Assembly: GCF_006345805.1 (NCBI RefSeq)
Contig: NC_043010.1
Span: forward strand, 45,880,001-45,944,000
Length of the DNA stretch: 64,000 nucleotides
Source: Octopus sinensis
Taxonomy: Eukaryota
Direction: 5' to 3'
How positions within the stretch are numbered: the first letter of the stretch is position 1; the number at the start of each line of letters is the position of its first letter. This document shows positions 13,225 to 28,000 of this stretch, in pieces. Below the pieces are notes generated by a model. That model saw nothing but the letters and a program-made list of their open reading frames with translations. It was not told the origin of the DNA and searched no databases. The translations under genes and the position numbers were made by a program.

Positions 13225-15117
13225 TATAACAATAACAACAACAACATTGAAAAATACCTTAGGAATGAGAACCCAGGTTCGAAATTTCCCCAAGATACCT
13301 GATGAAGGCTGGAGAGTATATCAGCTGAAATGTTGTGTTAACAACAAACAAAATGTGGGTAAATATCCATCAAATGTAAATAATGTACATAATTCCTCAT
13401 CTCTTAAATATAGAACTGCGTAAACATGTAGTATAAACATTCAAACATCATCACTACAGTTTCAAATCCTGCTGCGTTTCACTTGGAAGTTTTGGTCCTC
13501 CAAATCCGTTTTAGTGTATAAGTCAACCTACCTTGCGTTTTGGCTGTAAATTTCAGTTTGAAAAATTTGATTTGCATGCCTGAAAATACAGTACTCCTAG
13601 AAAAAAGATGAGATGTTCAGCTAGAATGCCTGTAATCATTGATCTTATCTGATCAGTCAGAATTGACCTAGGGCTAAACTACAACTTGTTTATTGAGAAT
13701 ATTTCGTTACTAACTTTTATACAAGAGACAATGGCGTCTGGCTGCATTTATATGAATTATTTTGTTGCTGAAGCTGCTCATTTATTGATAAATTTTAGTC
13801 TAGGCTTATTTAATTACTTTAAGAACTGATCATGTATTGATTCCAGTTGCTTGGATAATTAATATCTCATGATATTTGTTCTGTGTTCTATGTTTGCCAT
13901 TTTGCTTTTGTCACATTTAGTGATTAAGTGCTGGTCATGTGTAATAATAATGATAATAATAGAAAATCTATATTTTTGTTCTGAGTCCAAATGTTTTGTA
14001 ACTTTTATGGCTGTAATGTTAGTCCATTTCTGTATTGTATTAAATGTTTTTTTCTAGGCACTGACATGGCTATGTAGTTAAGTTTTTAGTTTCAAGTTCA
14101 GTCACACTGCACAGCACCTTGGACTGACCAATATCTTGTGAGTAAGTTTGATAGATGGAAGCTGTGTGGAAGCCTAGCTTATATATGTGAGTGTGTGAAA
14201 ACTAATGTTGGTTGAAAACTGCTTGGGAACTAGTGTTGGTTTGTTTACATCCCCATAATTTAGTAGTCTGGTGGTTTGGCAAAAGAGACTGATAGAATAA
14301 GTACCAGACTTTAAAAAAAAAAAATAAATAAATACTGGGGTCAGTTTGTTCTACTAAAACCACTTTTGGCAGTGCCCCAGCATGGCCACAGTCCAATGAC
14401 TGAAAAAGAAAGAAAGTAAACAAAACTTTTTTTTTTAACTTTTTTCTGTGTTTATAGCATTCCTCCCCATTACCCTTCTAAACAGATAGTTGATATTTTT
14501 ATACTCATTTCCTTATATATGGAAAAGTTCCCATCTATTTTTTCATAATTCTAAATTTTGATATTTTTCATTATTCTATTCCTCTACGAAGGCTTTTTCT
14601 CCCCATAAGATAATAATACTACCATTATTGTCCTAAATGCAATTGATGCTAATATTAGATTGCTTTGTTTGCTTTTTGTTGGTAATAACACTGACTCACT
14701 AATTTACATCGAAACTGTAATCAATTTCTGGTTATAGAAACTGTGCTGGTTCTTATTATATTTATTTATTTACCTGTGTTCTTTTTAGCACTAATGTTCA
14801 TTGATGCAATATTCCCATTCATTTTCATTCAATTCATGTTTTGATGCATATTATTTTAGTTTTACTTTAAACACATCTGCATCTGATATTACTACTGCCA
14901 TTTAGCAATATTCACAAATAATTGCACTGGCCATTCTGTCGATGTATTTCATCTGTTTCACATTTTCTGAGGTACCTTATATGTGTGTGTGTGTGCACAC
15001 GCACATGCATGTGTGTATAAGTGTATGGAATGTTTGCTTTATGGTCTGACAATTTTTTTACTAAATATGCTATATTTTAATCGGCTATCTGTCTATCTAT
15101 CTATCTATCTAGCTAGC

Positions 15118-15155
<38 letters not shown>

Positions 15156-17807
15156 GTGTTATTATTATGTTTGACTTTTGCTTTGTATTTGTACAAGTTG
15201 GCTCCAAGTCTCACACAGAGACCTCAAGATAAAACAAGTTAGAAGTTCATGTTGGTGTGTTATGCCTAGGATGTCACATATTTGGTTTTGTTAAATGTTC
15301 TAGAGAATGTTTAAGAAACCATAAGAAAATTATGAGTTTATTTTAAAATTTGAGCTTACATAGACAGTATTTTATGTAGGATATGGGCAGTTCCTATGAG
15401 CACTATCTTTTGAATTTCTGCCATTTTGGGTTTTCCTGGTATTTGAACTAGGTAGCAACCAGCCCCTTTTGCTATCATTCCTAATAATACCTATGGCAAC
15501 AGATATTGTTTTAATCTTCAGGTTCCACATTTTGCTAATTTCAATTTCAAGATCTTTATACTTGCTCAGTTTTTGGTAGGTACTGACAGATACATTTATG
15601 TCAATTGGGACAGTCATATCAATGAGGAGGCATTGATTTTTGCATGAGGTCTTTCAATATAATGTCTGGCCTATTTGCATCTATCTTTCTGTCAGTTTGA
15701 ATGGTGAAGTTCTAGAGGAGTGAGATGTGATCATTTTCAAGCACTGGGGGTGGTTTGTGTTCCCACCAGTTTTTATCATGGGGTAGGTCCAGGTTTTTAC
15801 AAATTACCTAGTGAATATATTGCGCAGCTTTATCATGCCTATTGAGATACTCTGTTGGTGCAAGAAGACTGCACATGGAGACAACATGATCAATGGTTTC
15901 GTTTTGTTGTTGACATACACGACATGTTGGGTAGCTGCCATTCTTTAATATGTTGGCCTGGTAGTTTTTTGTAGGTAGGTATTGATCTCAGGTTGCTATG
16001 ATAAACCCTTCTGTTTCTGATTTTAAGCCAGAAGCTGTTAACCATGGATGGGTAAGGGCTTTGTCAACATTGTCATTATTAGCTCTCTTTGGGTATTTGC
16101 CATTGAGAGGTATTTCTTGCCATGTAAGAATATCTAAGGCAGCAGCTTTAGCACGGGTTTTCATATGCTTAACTTTTTCTGTGCTTGTTTCTAGTACATC
16201 TAATTCTGAAATTTGGAATTCACTTGTATTTGGAATTCACTTATGTATTCCTTTGCTTGTTTTGTTACTGAGTATGATACTTTCTTGTTTTCATGTTTTG
16301 AGACAAGCTTAAACATCCAGTCCTCAGAGTTTTTCAGGTAGGTGTCTAGGCCAATTGTGGAAACCTTCATTGTTAATCCCAGTTGTAAAATTCCATGACC
16401 TCCCTCTTTCCTTGGCAGATAAAGTCATTCTATATCTGCCTTAGGGTGGTGCATTCTATGCATTGTCAACAATTTTCGTATTTTTCTGTCAAGATTATAT
16501 ATTTCAGTAATTGACCAGTTAATGATATTGAAATTGTAAGTCATGACTGGTATGGCTAAAGTATTGATTGCTTCGATCCTGTTTCTTCCATCCAGCTCTG
16601 TCTTGAGTATTGCTCTTACCTTGCGATAACATTCTTTTCTGATCCTTTCCCTCATCACTGAATATTTGATCATCATCATCATCATCATCATAATCATCAC
16701 CATCACCATGATGATGATGATGATGATAAGCTAGAAGAGCTGTTAGCACACCAGGCAAAATGCTTAGTGGCATTTTGTCCATCTGCACAATCTGAGTTCA
16801 AATTCTGCTGAGGTTGACTTTGCCTTTCATCCTTACATGGTTAATAAATTAAGTACCAGTGAAACACTAGTGTCAATGTAAATGACTTAATCCCTTCCCC
16901 TAAATTTCAGGCCTTTTACCTTTAGTAGAAAGACTTATTATCATTTGAGTGAGAGAGCAGTACATGCCATCAAAGTGATACTGGGATAAAATATGCAAAG
17001 CCCAATACACCTATGATGAGTACCCATCTGATAAGGGTACACAAGGTACATGCATCACAACCATATGTGCATGACATAGTGATCTCATATCAAGATAAAC
17101 TGCGCATGGCCTTGCAGGTGGGGCCCAGTTAGAATTTTCTTCAGGTTGAGTAGCCCATCCCACTCAAATGGTCCTTGAATAAAGCTTGTTTAAGGGTGTT
17201 GAATGAAACACCCTTGTTTCCAGAGGTCAATTATTCGAACCCCATTTATATGTATGAACAGCACAGTCTGTAGTGAATGTGTTTTTCTATACTTTTTCAC
17301 AACCCGCTTCCTTCCATTTTAAGTGTGTCTGTTTATATATATTTATATATGTATGTGTAAATGCGTGTGTCTATAATTCTATTTTCTATGCATCTTTCTA
17401 AATAAACATACACAAACATATATACACTCACTCAAATATATAAATATACTTTATACAAACACACACATACATACACACACACACAAACATTCACATTCCT
17501 CCCTTTTACACGCACACACATATACTCACACAGAGTTGAAGCACTGTTTGATTTTTGTTTCACCTTTGACTTTTCACCATCTCACTTCCATTGGTGGATC
17601 ACCCCTTGCTTTCTCATTCATATGTTGTGACGCAGAAATACACAAGAGTATTATTATAGTAGAAGATACACGACACTCTGCCACTTCCTCTTTCTCATTG
17701 CTGTTTGTTTCTCTCACTCTTTCTCAGTCATGGCTATTATTCTCACTACTTCTTCACTGAATTACTATTTTTTGTCCTCTCCCTTTACCCTTATTGCATG
17801 ATTTTGG

Positions 17808-17851
<44 letters not shown>

Positions 17852-17861
17852 GCACACACAT

Positions 17862-17919
<58 letters not shown>

Positions 17920-18122
17920 ATACACACACACACATATATATATATAGATCAGTAGCCACTACACACATTTTTTCTCTCCTTGTTTCTTTCTGTGTTCCTT
18001 TCTGTAGAAGAGCATAGGCTTGAAACGTAAAAAACTTTTTCAATTCCTGAGCATTATACTAATACATCTGTTTGTTTTCTACACCACCTGTATTCGTCTT
18101 TTGTTTTTTTCATGAACTCTCC

Positions 18123-18171
<49 letters not shown>

Positions 18172-19021
18172 AACACTACACTCATTATAATATAAGATTA
18201 TTGTTGTTATTATCCAGTTGGCCCAGCTAATAGAACTGAGTGATAATCTAAAGGAGAGCGAAATCCATCTACCATCCGTTGAAAACAAAAGCATTGTGAC
18301 TTTTGTTAAAGATGTACATGATGCTACTCAAACTTTAGAATCTGTTGCTAAACATTGGATTGAGGCTTGCAGAAATGATGTAAGTACAAAGAAGACTTTT
18401 CCTTTTCTTTTCAAACTGTTGTGTACATAATTAAATTTACCAAAGAGGAAAAAGAAAATGTTATCCTTGAAAACTTTGTCTTTTACATGTACCAGTTGTC
18501 AGACTACAGCCATGCAGGGGCACCACCCTAAAGAATTTTAGTTGAATGAATTGACCCCCAGAACTTATAATTTTTTTTCTTTTTTTGAGTTTGGTATTTA
18601 TTCTATTGCTCTCTTTTGTTGAACTGCTAAGTTATGGGGGATGTAAGCACACCAACATGGTTGTTAAGCAGTGGTGGGGGACAAACACAGACACAAAGAC
18701 ACACACATAGATACATATATTTACATAAATATATATATATATATATACATTTCTGTATATATTATATATTTATATATATAATTTAAAATGAGGGTGAGAA
18801 ATTAGATATTAATTTAATTAACATCAATTTTACACCAGTGGTCTAGCATATAAAAATCTGAAGGTTCAGTAAATTGTATTATATACATATGAGGGGGCTG
18901 ACCACTATGTGGACAACCCTTATTCTAGAAGTAGATCCGCTATGGTCTTACCATTAAGAAATGTTCTCAAGAAAAATTTAGTAAACACCAGAATTTTCTG
19001 GTCATCCCTCTCATCCCTCTC

Positions 19022-19066
<45 letters not shown>

Positions 19067-22000
19067 TATATAAGTGTATGTCACAAAAAATCAAAAATCA
19101 AAATCAGAATCAAATTCAGGATCGAAATCAATATGGAAATTGTAGTTGTGACTGATGCCAGTGCCGCCTGACTGGCACCCGTGCTGGTGGCATGTATTAA
19201 ACACCATTGAAGCGTGGGTCAATACCAGTGGCGCCTGACTGACTCCCATGCCCGTAACACATAAAAAGCACCCACTACATTCTCAGAGTCTTTGGCATTA
19301 AGAAGGGCATCCAGCTGTAGAAACCTTGCCAGATTAAATTGGAGTGTGGTGCAGCCTTCTGGCTTGGCAGTCCCCAACCAAACCGTCCAACCCATGCCAG
19401 CATGGAAAACAGACGTTAAACAATGATGATGATCTTGATGATATGTGTGTCACTGGCATGAGTGCCTTTTACATGTCACTGGCATGGATGCTGTTTATGT
19501 GTCATCAGCACAGCTGCCTTTTATGTGCCACTGGTACTAGCTATGACTACAATTTTACTTGGCTTGTTGGGTCTTCTCAAGTGCAGCAAATCATCCAAAG
19601 TCTCAATCACTGCTCATTGCCTTCCTGTATCTACCTCTTCCATAGGTTTCATCTACAGTTAGAGATTGGCACCTCTTTATGCAGGCAGTTATCCCCATCT
19701 ATAAGCATCACATGACCATACCAGTGCAGTCTTCTCTGTTGCACACTACATCTGATTCCTCTAACATTATAACATATTACTTCAACTTTACCCAGTATCT
19801 TCTTTAGCTCTTTCAGTGCCATGTTTCTGTTGAAATACGCTGCTCCAGCTTCAGAAATTTCTATCTCAGAACCTTAGGTTTCTTGTAGATAACTTCCATT
19901 ATTAGCTCAAGTACTTTTCCCAATCAACTCATTTGTGCTCAGTTTATCCATGGACTGATGTTGCTCACCCAAAAGATAAGAATTAACTTGTTCTTTAATC
20001 TGTTGTGTCTGGGGAGAGTCGTTTTCTTTTTGTGCCTTATAATGTAACACACTCACCAGTAAAATTTCCACTTATTTCTTATTTTTATTTTCCTAAAATT
20101 TTCGTTGCGTCTTGCAACCTTTTCAATAGTCTTGACTCTGTCCGTTATTTACGCTGTTCTTTAATAGCTTCTATAAATCTTCTATATTCTCATGATTTGT
20201 TTTTGCAGCAAGAGAGAAATAGCTTGGTACCAAACATAGGCGACAGTTCCTTGTAATTCTATCCAGACTATCTTACTTCTGCTTATATTCTTTCATTTCT
20301 CTATAATGCTGTTAATTAGTAAGCAAAAAAAAAAAATAATAATAAAATCCTTTCTAGCCAGCTGATTTTGCAGTTATCTCACTAGAAGGCATGTGGTTTA
20401 GTGGCTAAGGTATTCAATTAACAATTGTAATGTTGTGTGCCTGATTCCCATCAGCATGTTGTGTCCTGAGCAAGAAACTTCATTTCACATTGCTCCGGTC
20501 CACTCACTTGGCAAAAATGACTTGTACCTGTAGTTCAATGGGTCAGCCTCGTCACATTTTGTGTTATGCTGAATCTCCCTGAGAATGATATTAAGGGTAT
20601 GCATGTCTGTGGAGTGCTCAGCCACTTGCATGTTAATTGCATGTTGATCAGATAAACTGGAATTCTCATCGTCATAAGTGATGGAGGGCCATTTTTTTTT
20701 TATCTCACTAGAAATTTGGCAACTCTGACAGTCCAATCTAATTCTCTCTTCTCCTACGTTTTCTATACCTCTGTCGAATACTTTCACAACATGATTTGCC
20801 ATCAGTTTGAGGCTTCTGTAATTAACTAGCAGTTTATAATTAGTCCTATTCTCTCAGTTAATTGGGATTACTTACCAACTAAATTAAACCTAATTTATTT
20901 AATCCTCCTGTTCTATGCACAATGTTGCTCGTTATTGGGTCAGTTTTTCTAAAGGCAACTGGTATGGTCATCAACTATCTTCTCTCTGTGTCTGCTCTGA
21001 TTTCTTCTTCCTTTCAGTGTCCTAGTTGTCACCAAGTGCTCAAGGTTTTGTTTTTCTCATAGTGTCCAGTGTTGTTAGTTTGTTGTCTCCCTTTGTTGTT
21101 GGGAAACTTTTTGGTCTTTACTCGATTTGTTTCACTCTATCTGTATAGGGCACCTTTAGCATTCTCCTAAAGGACCATATCCCTGCAACTTAATGGAATG
21201 ACCTTGTTTCCAAGTTAGTCCATTAATTCTTACACTGCGTATTGGTGAGGTTTTCTTGTTTTTTTTTGTTTTTTTTTAAACTGTTAAGACTTCGACTCAT
21301 TTTACTCTTTGTTATTTATAATGGTTTACCATTTAAGTACAAGGCCAGCACTGTTGATGGGAGGTGCTTGTTGAAACCATTGACCTCATTACTTGACTGG
21401 TACATTATTTTATAAACTCTGAAAGGGTGAAAGACAAATTTCACTTTTGCAGGATTTGAACTCAGAACATAAAAAGAACCAGAAGAAATACTACCAGGCA
21501 TTTTTTTCTATTCTAATGTTTCTGCTAATCACCATTTTCTTCTCATCATTAATAATACTAACTAATGTGTATAGATCTTTAACTGTTGTTGCTGTAAGAC
21601 TATGTTATTTGCATAAAGGTTATTGTTAATATTCTATCCTGCTAAGACGTCGAGCTGGCAGAAACATTAGCACGCTGGGCGAAATACTTAGCGGTATTTC
21701 ATTTGCTGCTATGTTCTGAGTTCAAATTCCGCCGAGGTCGACTTTGCCTTTCATCCTTCCGGGGTCGATAAATTAAGTACCAGTTATGCACTGAGGTCGA
21801 TGTAATCGACTTAATCCCTTTGTCTATCCTTGTTTGTCCCCTCTATGTTTAGCCCCCTGTGGGCAATAAAGAAATAAGAAACATTAGCATGCTGTATACT
21901 TGGTAGATATTCAATAGATCACATAATTATTTTACTGTACAATGAAAATGGGTCTTGTGTTAATACCAAACATCCTTGCCAAACTCCTCTCATGATTCCA

Positions 22001-25000
22001 GGTTTGTTCTATTTCATTTTTAAGTCTGATTGCTGCTGTTTTTTGCCAATATGTACTTCAGAGTAACATGGCGAGCTGGCAGAATTATTATTAGCATGCC
22101 GAACAAAATGCTTAGTAGTATTTCATCTGTCTTTATGTTCTGATTTCAAATTCTACCAAAGTCAACTTTGCCTTTCATCCTTTCAGAGTCAATAAAATAA
22201 GTATCAGTTGAACAATGGGGTTGATGTAATCAACTTACCTCTGCCTCCAAAATTGCTGACTTTTTGCCAAAATTGGAAATACAATATATATATGTGGTTC
22301 AGATTATTTGTAAGTCCATTGTGCCTAGATTTACTGGGTGGTCAGTCTAAATTTGTCAGTTTCCATAAGAGGAAAAGAAAGTACAATATCAACATACAAA
22401 AATGAAAGTATTTTTTAAAGAATCAAAAAGTATCGACTAACTTTTGGCTGAGAGATAACAGTTTACTCAGAGAAGCTACCCTCAGCTTCCACCACAGCAT
22501 CAAGATGGCTCAAAAATCCAGCACATGCATTCCTTACTGTGTTCCTTGGAAGATCTTTTCAAGGAGGTGTCTCTCAGATCTTTTCAAAGAGGTGGCAGTG
22601 AATTTTGGCGTGTGGATTCAGTCAGGATGCCTGCTGTGTCGTAGTCTCTGTTGCTACTTTCTATGTCATGTCTTACTGTCTTTTCAGTGTTGACAGAGCA
22701 CTGAGAAGTAGTAGTACAAGACCTGTATTTATAAAGCAATGATATATAAATACAGACCTTGTACTTCCATTGTCCATTCAATGATGTACACAGCATCAAC
22801 TGTACACAGAATGTACACAGCATTAACTGTTCCTTTCTCTTTAACAAGTCAATACTGTGTTTCTATTTCTAATATTTCTCATTCAGAATCTAAATGTCAG
22901 GACAAGTAACAATATATTTGTAATGTAACCCATAAAGCTGATGGTTTTCTAAAACTCGCATCCTATTGCCCCAGTTTTTTTTTTTTTTTTTTGGAAAGTG
23001 CTTTATAGATTAATTTGAATATTCCTTCTAACCTTCATCAGAGAGACTTATTTTGTCAATTCCAAAGTCTTCTAATACCTCAATCATCACTGTAAGGATA
23101 TTATCTGGTCCAGTGCGTGTCTTTCACTATCCTATACATATTCATTCTTTAACAACCTTTTGTAATAACTTTCACACTTTTTTATTTCTCCTTCCACTGT
23201 AGGCATATACAGCAGTGTGGCTTTGAATATATTTATTTTCAATGACATCCTGATTCATACAAACAATTTATCTTGCAACTATTCCAATACTTCATGTGAC
23301 TCATCCTCATTAGTAAATCTCTCGCTCCCAGCTTCTCCCCATAGATAACCTAACATCGCATTTACTACATATTTTTTTTGGTATTGTTTCCTGCTATACT
23401 ACCTGTTCTTTTTTTTTTTTTTATTCTTCCTAGAGATACTGATTATTTGATGTGGGCTTATTATCTATCATACAATTCCACCATCACTATGTCAGTTTCT
23501 AAGCAGATGCCTTGTTCAGTCACAGAGCTAGTCAGTGGCTTAAAACAGGTTATCTCTCAAGATTCTCTATTACATTCAACAAGGCCTGCTAGCAGTTCAA
23601 TCAATAATGTACCAGACAACCAGCAATTCATATTCTGTCCTTTGCCTTATTTCCATTACCAAGTTACTTAGTTTTCAATGACCAATTCCACTTGTCTTTA
23701 ACTTGTATCCTTCACAGATACAAGTATTATTCTTGTTTATGCAGTATGGTATGATTTTAGGGAGAGTTGGTTACTTTTTCTAGCAGGCCAAGTGCCTGTA
23801 TATAGTAGGTAAGGGCAATATAGTAGGTAAAGGCAGCGAGCTGGCAGAAACGCTAGCACGCCGGGTGAAATGCTTAGCGGTATTTTGTCTGCCATTATGT
23901 TGTGAATTCAAATTCCGCCGAGGTCGACTTTGCCTTTCATTCCTTTCGGGGTCGATAAATTAAGTACCAGTTACGCACTGGGGTCGATGTAATCGACTTA
24001 ATACCTATGTCTGTCCTTGTTTGTCCCCTCTGTGTTTAGCCCCTTGTGGGTAATAAAGAAATAGGTAAGGGCAACTTTTTTTGAGAAGCAGGCTGCATGA
24101 GATATGACTCATAATTAGGTAAGCCACACTACAAAAGAAATTCAAGGTGGTTTTTACATTTGGCAAACCATTTCAGAAAGTCCTAAGGAGTGCATTTTGT
24201 CTATGACTGGTTATATGATCCCTCATTGGCTTGTGTGGTTCATAAAAGGCACCTGTGCCATTCACACATAAAAGGCACCCATGCTGGTGATACATAACTA
24301 CATAACAGACACCTACTATACTCTGTGGACTGGTTGGCATTAGAAAGGGCATCTAGGTGTAGGAACCAAGCCAAAACAGACTGGAGCCTGGTGCAGCTCT
24401 CTGGCTTAACGGTTCCAGTCAAACCATTTTACCCAGGCTAGCATGGAAAATGGATGCTAAATGATGATAATCATGATCATGATCATCATTATGATAATGA
24501 TGCTTGTATGTGTGTGTGTGTGTATGTATATGTAAGTATGTATGTATATGTTTGTATATACACTGGTGAAAATAAATTTAAGACCGATGATAAAAGTTCT
24601 ATTTCTTACAAATTATTTTCATCTTTTACACCTTATGCAGAATTTATTTCTCTTTCGAATGATGCAGGCAGACAATAACTATTTTTATACAACTTGAAGA
24701 ATTCTCATGCTAAATTAATATAAACGTTTCAAATTTACCGGCAAAATTAGTTTATGACCATGTAATATGTATGCAAATTGTTTTGATGTACTTGACTCAA
24801 TAGGTCTCCTGAAGCACAGCAGGTCGCCCTACAATCCAAGGTACTTTTGAAACAGCTGGGGCTGGTTATGCGAAACAGGTGTAGGATAAAGCAATGAACT
24901 CACTTTATTTGCCACATCTTCGCAGTCACAGTATATCTTCAGAGGTCTCGGTCTTTTGGCATTGCCTCTGTGAGGCACAACGTTCAAAGGTCATGCTTCA

Positions 25001-28000
25001 CTACCTCATCCCATGTCTTCTTGGGTCTACCTCTACCCCAGATTCCTTCAACTGTTTGGAAGTGGCACTTCGTCACACAGCTCTCCTCGTTCATCTGTAG
25101 TACATGACCACACCAGCGCAAACATTTCTCTTGCATACCACATCCGATATATATATATACATATATATATGTGTATATATTCATATATATGTGTGTGTGT
25201 GTAAATGTATATATACATACAAACATATCATACATATATATCATCATCATCATCATTTAGCATCCGCTTTCCATGCTAGCATGGGTTGGACTGTTCAACT
25301 GGGGTCTGGGAAGCCAGAAGGCTGCATCAGGCCCAGTCTGATCTGGCAGTGTTTCTATGGCTGGATGCCCTTCCTAACGCCAACCACTCCGTGAGTGTAG
25401 TGGGTGCTTTTTATGTGCCACCCGCACAAGTGTCAGATGGGGCTGGCAAACGGCCACGGACAGATGGTGCTTTTTACATGCCACCGGTACGGGGGCCAGG
25501 CGAGACTGGCAACGGCCATGAACAGATGGTGCTTTTTACATGCCACCGGCACGGAGGCCAGTCGGCGCGGCACTGGCAACGGCCACGATCGGATGGTTCG
25601 CTAACTTGTCACCGGCACTGGCATATAGGATGTTTTTCTTCTGCTAAATATTGTTTTAAAAGCAGTTTATGTGGATGGGAAGCAAACTTCTTATCACACA
25701 GCTACACCTTCAACTTTGTCATTATACATGATGAAATTTATTGAGATCTGTCATCACTAAATATAGATTTTTTTGTTGCTGTTTACATTATTCTTCATTA
25801 TCATCATTATTACACTAACGTCTACTTTCCCTTGCTGGCATATGAAATATACTTACCATATCAGTTAATAATTCAGTTATCAATTCACTTTTGATTTATT
25901 TATAACTGATTTGATATTTTATTCATCTCATGGGGATTGCATCCAAGCAGAAATAAATTCTCAATGTGTTGTGCCTGAGATCTAGTTTGATTCCCAGTTG
26001 TTGCTAATTCACACTACATATGTTGCTAATAAATTTTTCAATCAAGTGTGAATGCCACAGTTTCATTTCCATTCTCCTATTGATACACTAAACACAGTGT
26101 GTATGCAAGAAATTTAGACTTTTATTTATTTTTTTTTATCAGAGGTGGGAAATAGTCAGTTCAACTTCTTGGAATCAATAGTTATGGAAGTCCCATGTCA
26201 CCATATCATTTTCATTTGAAGTTTTTTGGGTAACTCGGCATTGTAAGATAGTGAAGCGTTATTAAACTGTACAGCTTAACCCTTTATCATTCAGATTACT
26301 CTGTCCAATGTAATGCTTATTCTTTCACGTTGTTTTGAATTTATCATGCATTATTGTGTGGCATTGAGATTTTGATGAAGTGATTGTGTATTTTCAGAGT
26401 GACGTTGTAGGATAGGTGTGAGAGGCTAGATCTGAGCAGTTTGAACACAAAACAGATAGAATATTTTGGCCAGAACCAAATTCGATGACTGGCACCCGTG
26501 CCAATGGAGCGCTAACAGCTCCATCAGAGTGGGATCACTGCTAGAGCAGCTGTCTGGCTTCCGTGCCGGTGGCATGTAAAAAGAACCATTTGAGCGTGAT
26601 CATTACCAGTGTCGCCTTACTGGCACGTGAACAAAACATTCGAGCGAGGTCATTGCCAGTGCCACTGGACTGACTCCTGTGCAGGTGGCACATAAAAAAC
26701 ATCATTTTGAGCGTGGCTGTTGCCAGTACTGCCAGACTGCCCCTTGTGCTGGTGGCACGTAAAAGCACCCACTACACTCTTGGAGTGGTTGGCATTAGGA
26801 AGGGTATCCAGCTGTAGAAACTCTGCCAGATCAGACTGGAGCTTGGTGCAGTCATCTGGTTTGCCAGTCCTCAGTCAAATTGTCCAACCCATACTAGCAT
26901 GGAAAGCGGACGTTAAATGATGAGGATGATGGCCAATTTAAATGCTAAAGAATTAAAGAACAGTGGAAAACAGTGAGAAAAATTAACTTATTAGTTTAAA
27001 GCATGATTTTTAAAAAATTAAGCTGACTTAAACAACATTATTTTTATAGAATGTCTTGTTTGGTTTTCTTTTAACAGTCACTGAAAACTCAAATGTCCCA
27101 AGCCTGTGAACAATTGCAGGATGCCAGTAATGGAATTTATAGAACTATGAATCAACTGGAGCATGATGCAAGCAGTGGAATGTGCAAACAGTTAATTAAT
27201 GCTTCCAAAGAAGTACTGCAACAGACATTTCAGGTATACACCTTTGCATTTTTGTTTGTACATTTAAGGACTTCATTTTCTAACAGCTCCTCCTTTTTAA
27301 AATGGTAGGGAGATAAGCAGTTCTTTGTTGCAAATTGAGTGACCACAGACCACATAGAGTTTTCCTGATGTGTTAGTGTGGATTATTTAAGGTATGAAGA
27401 GAATTTAGTTGTGAGACCTCTTGTGTTATATGTATTATTTTTGTACTAAGATGTATTGTGTCAATGATAGTTGTTGGGAGTTTATTAAAGTGTTATAGTT
27501 CAGGTGTGTATCTTGGTGGAATATCAGAGTAATGTTGAGTCAATAACTAACTGGAACTCCGTCAGTTATAACAATGAGGGTTCCAGTTGATCCAATCAGT
27601 GGATCAGCCTGCTCATGACATTAAAGTGCAAAGTGGCTGAGCAAACTACAGACACACATATCCTTAATGTAAATTCTCAAGGAGGTTCAGTGTGACACAG
27701 AGGGTGACAAGGCTGGCCCCTTTGAAATATAGGTACAACTCATTTTTGCCAACTGAATAGACTGGAGAAATTTGAAACAAAGTGTCTTGCTCAAGGACAC
27801 AGAATGCAGCCAGGAATTAGCTCATGATCGTTGAATCAATGTGGAACCACAAACCAATGAAGAGACCACATGTGAACAAGGAAGTCAAAGTTTACATAAT
27901 CATTTGACTGGCCAGAAATAGCAGTCAAATTCCATACTGTCAACATAAAATGATGAATTCCTTCAAATTCTATACTGTCAATATACAATGATAAATGGGT

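Noticed and set aside
21643-21720. tRNA-like heads of the SINE families as tRNA genes
   Set aside because: Box A/B-like motifs only; no complete cloverleaf or anticodon arm that I can support, and they are always attached to SINE bodies.
25400-25620. Short repeated units separated by variable sequence (TGGTGCTTTTTAC.TGCCAC), superficially CRISPR-like
   Set aside because: These are internal subrepeats of a dispersed eukaryotic repeat family; the spacers are related to each other and there is no cas or prokaryotic context.
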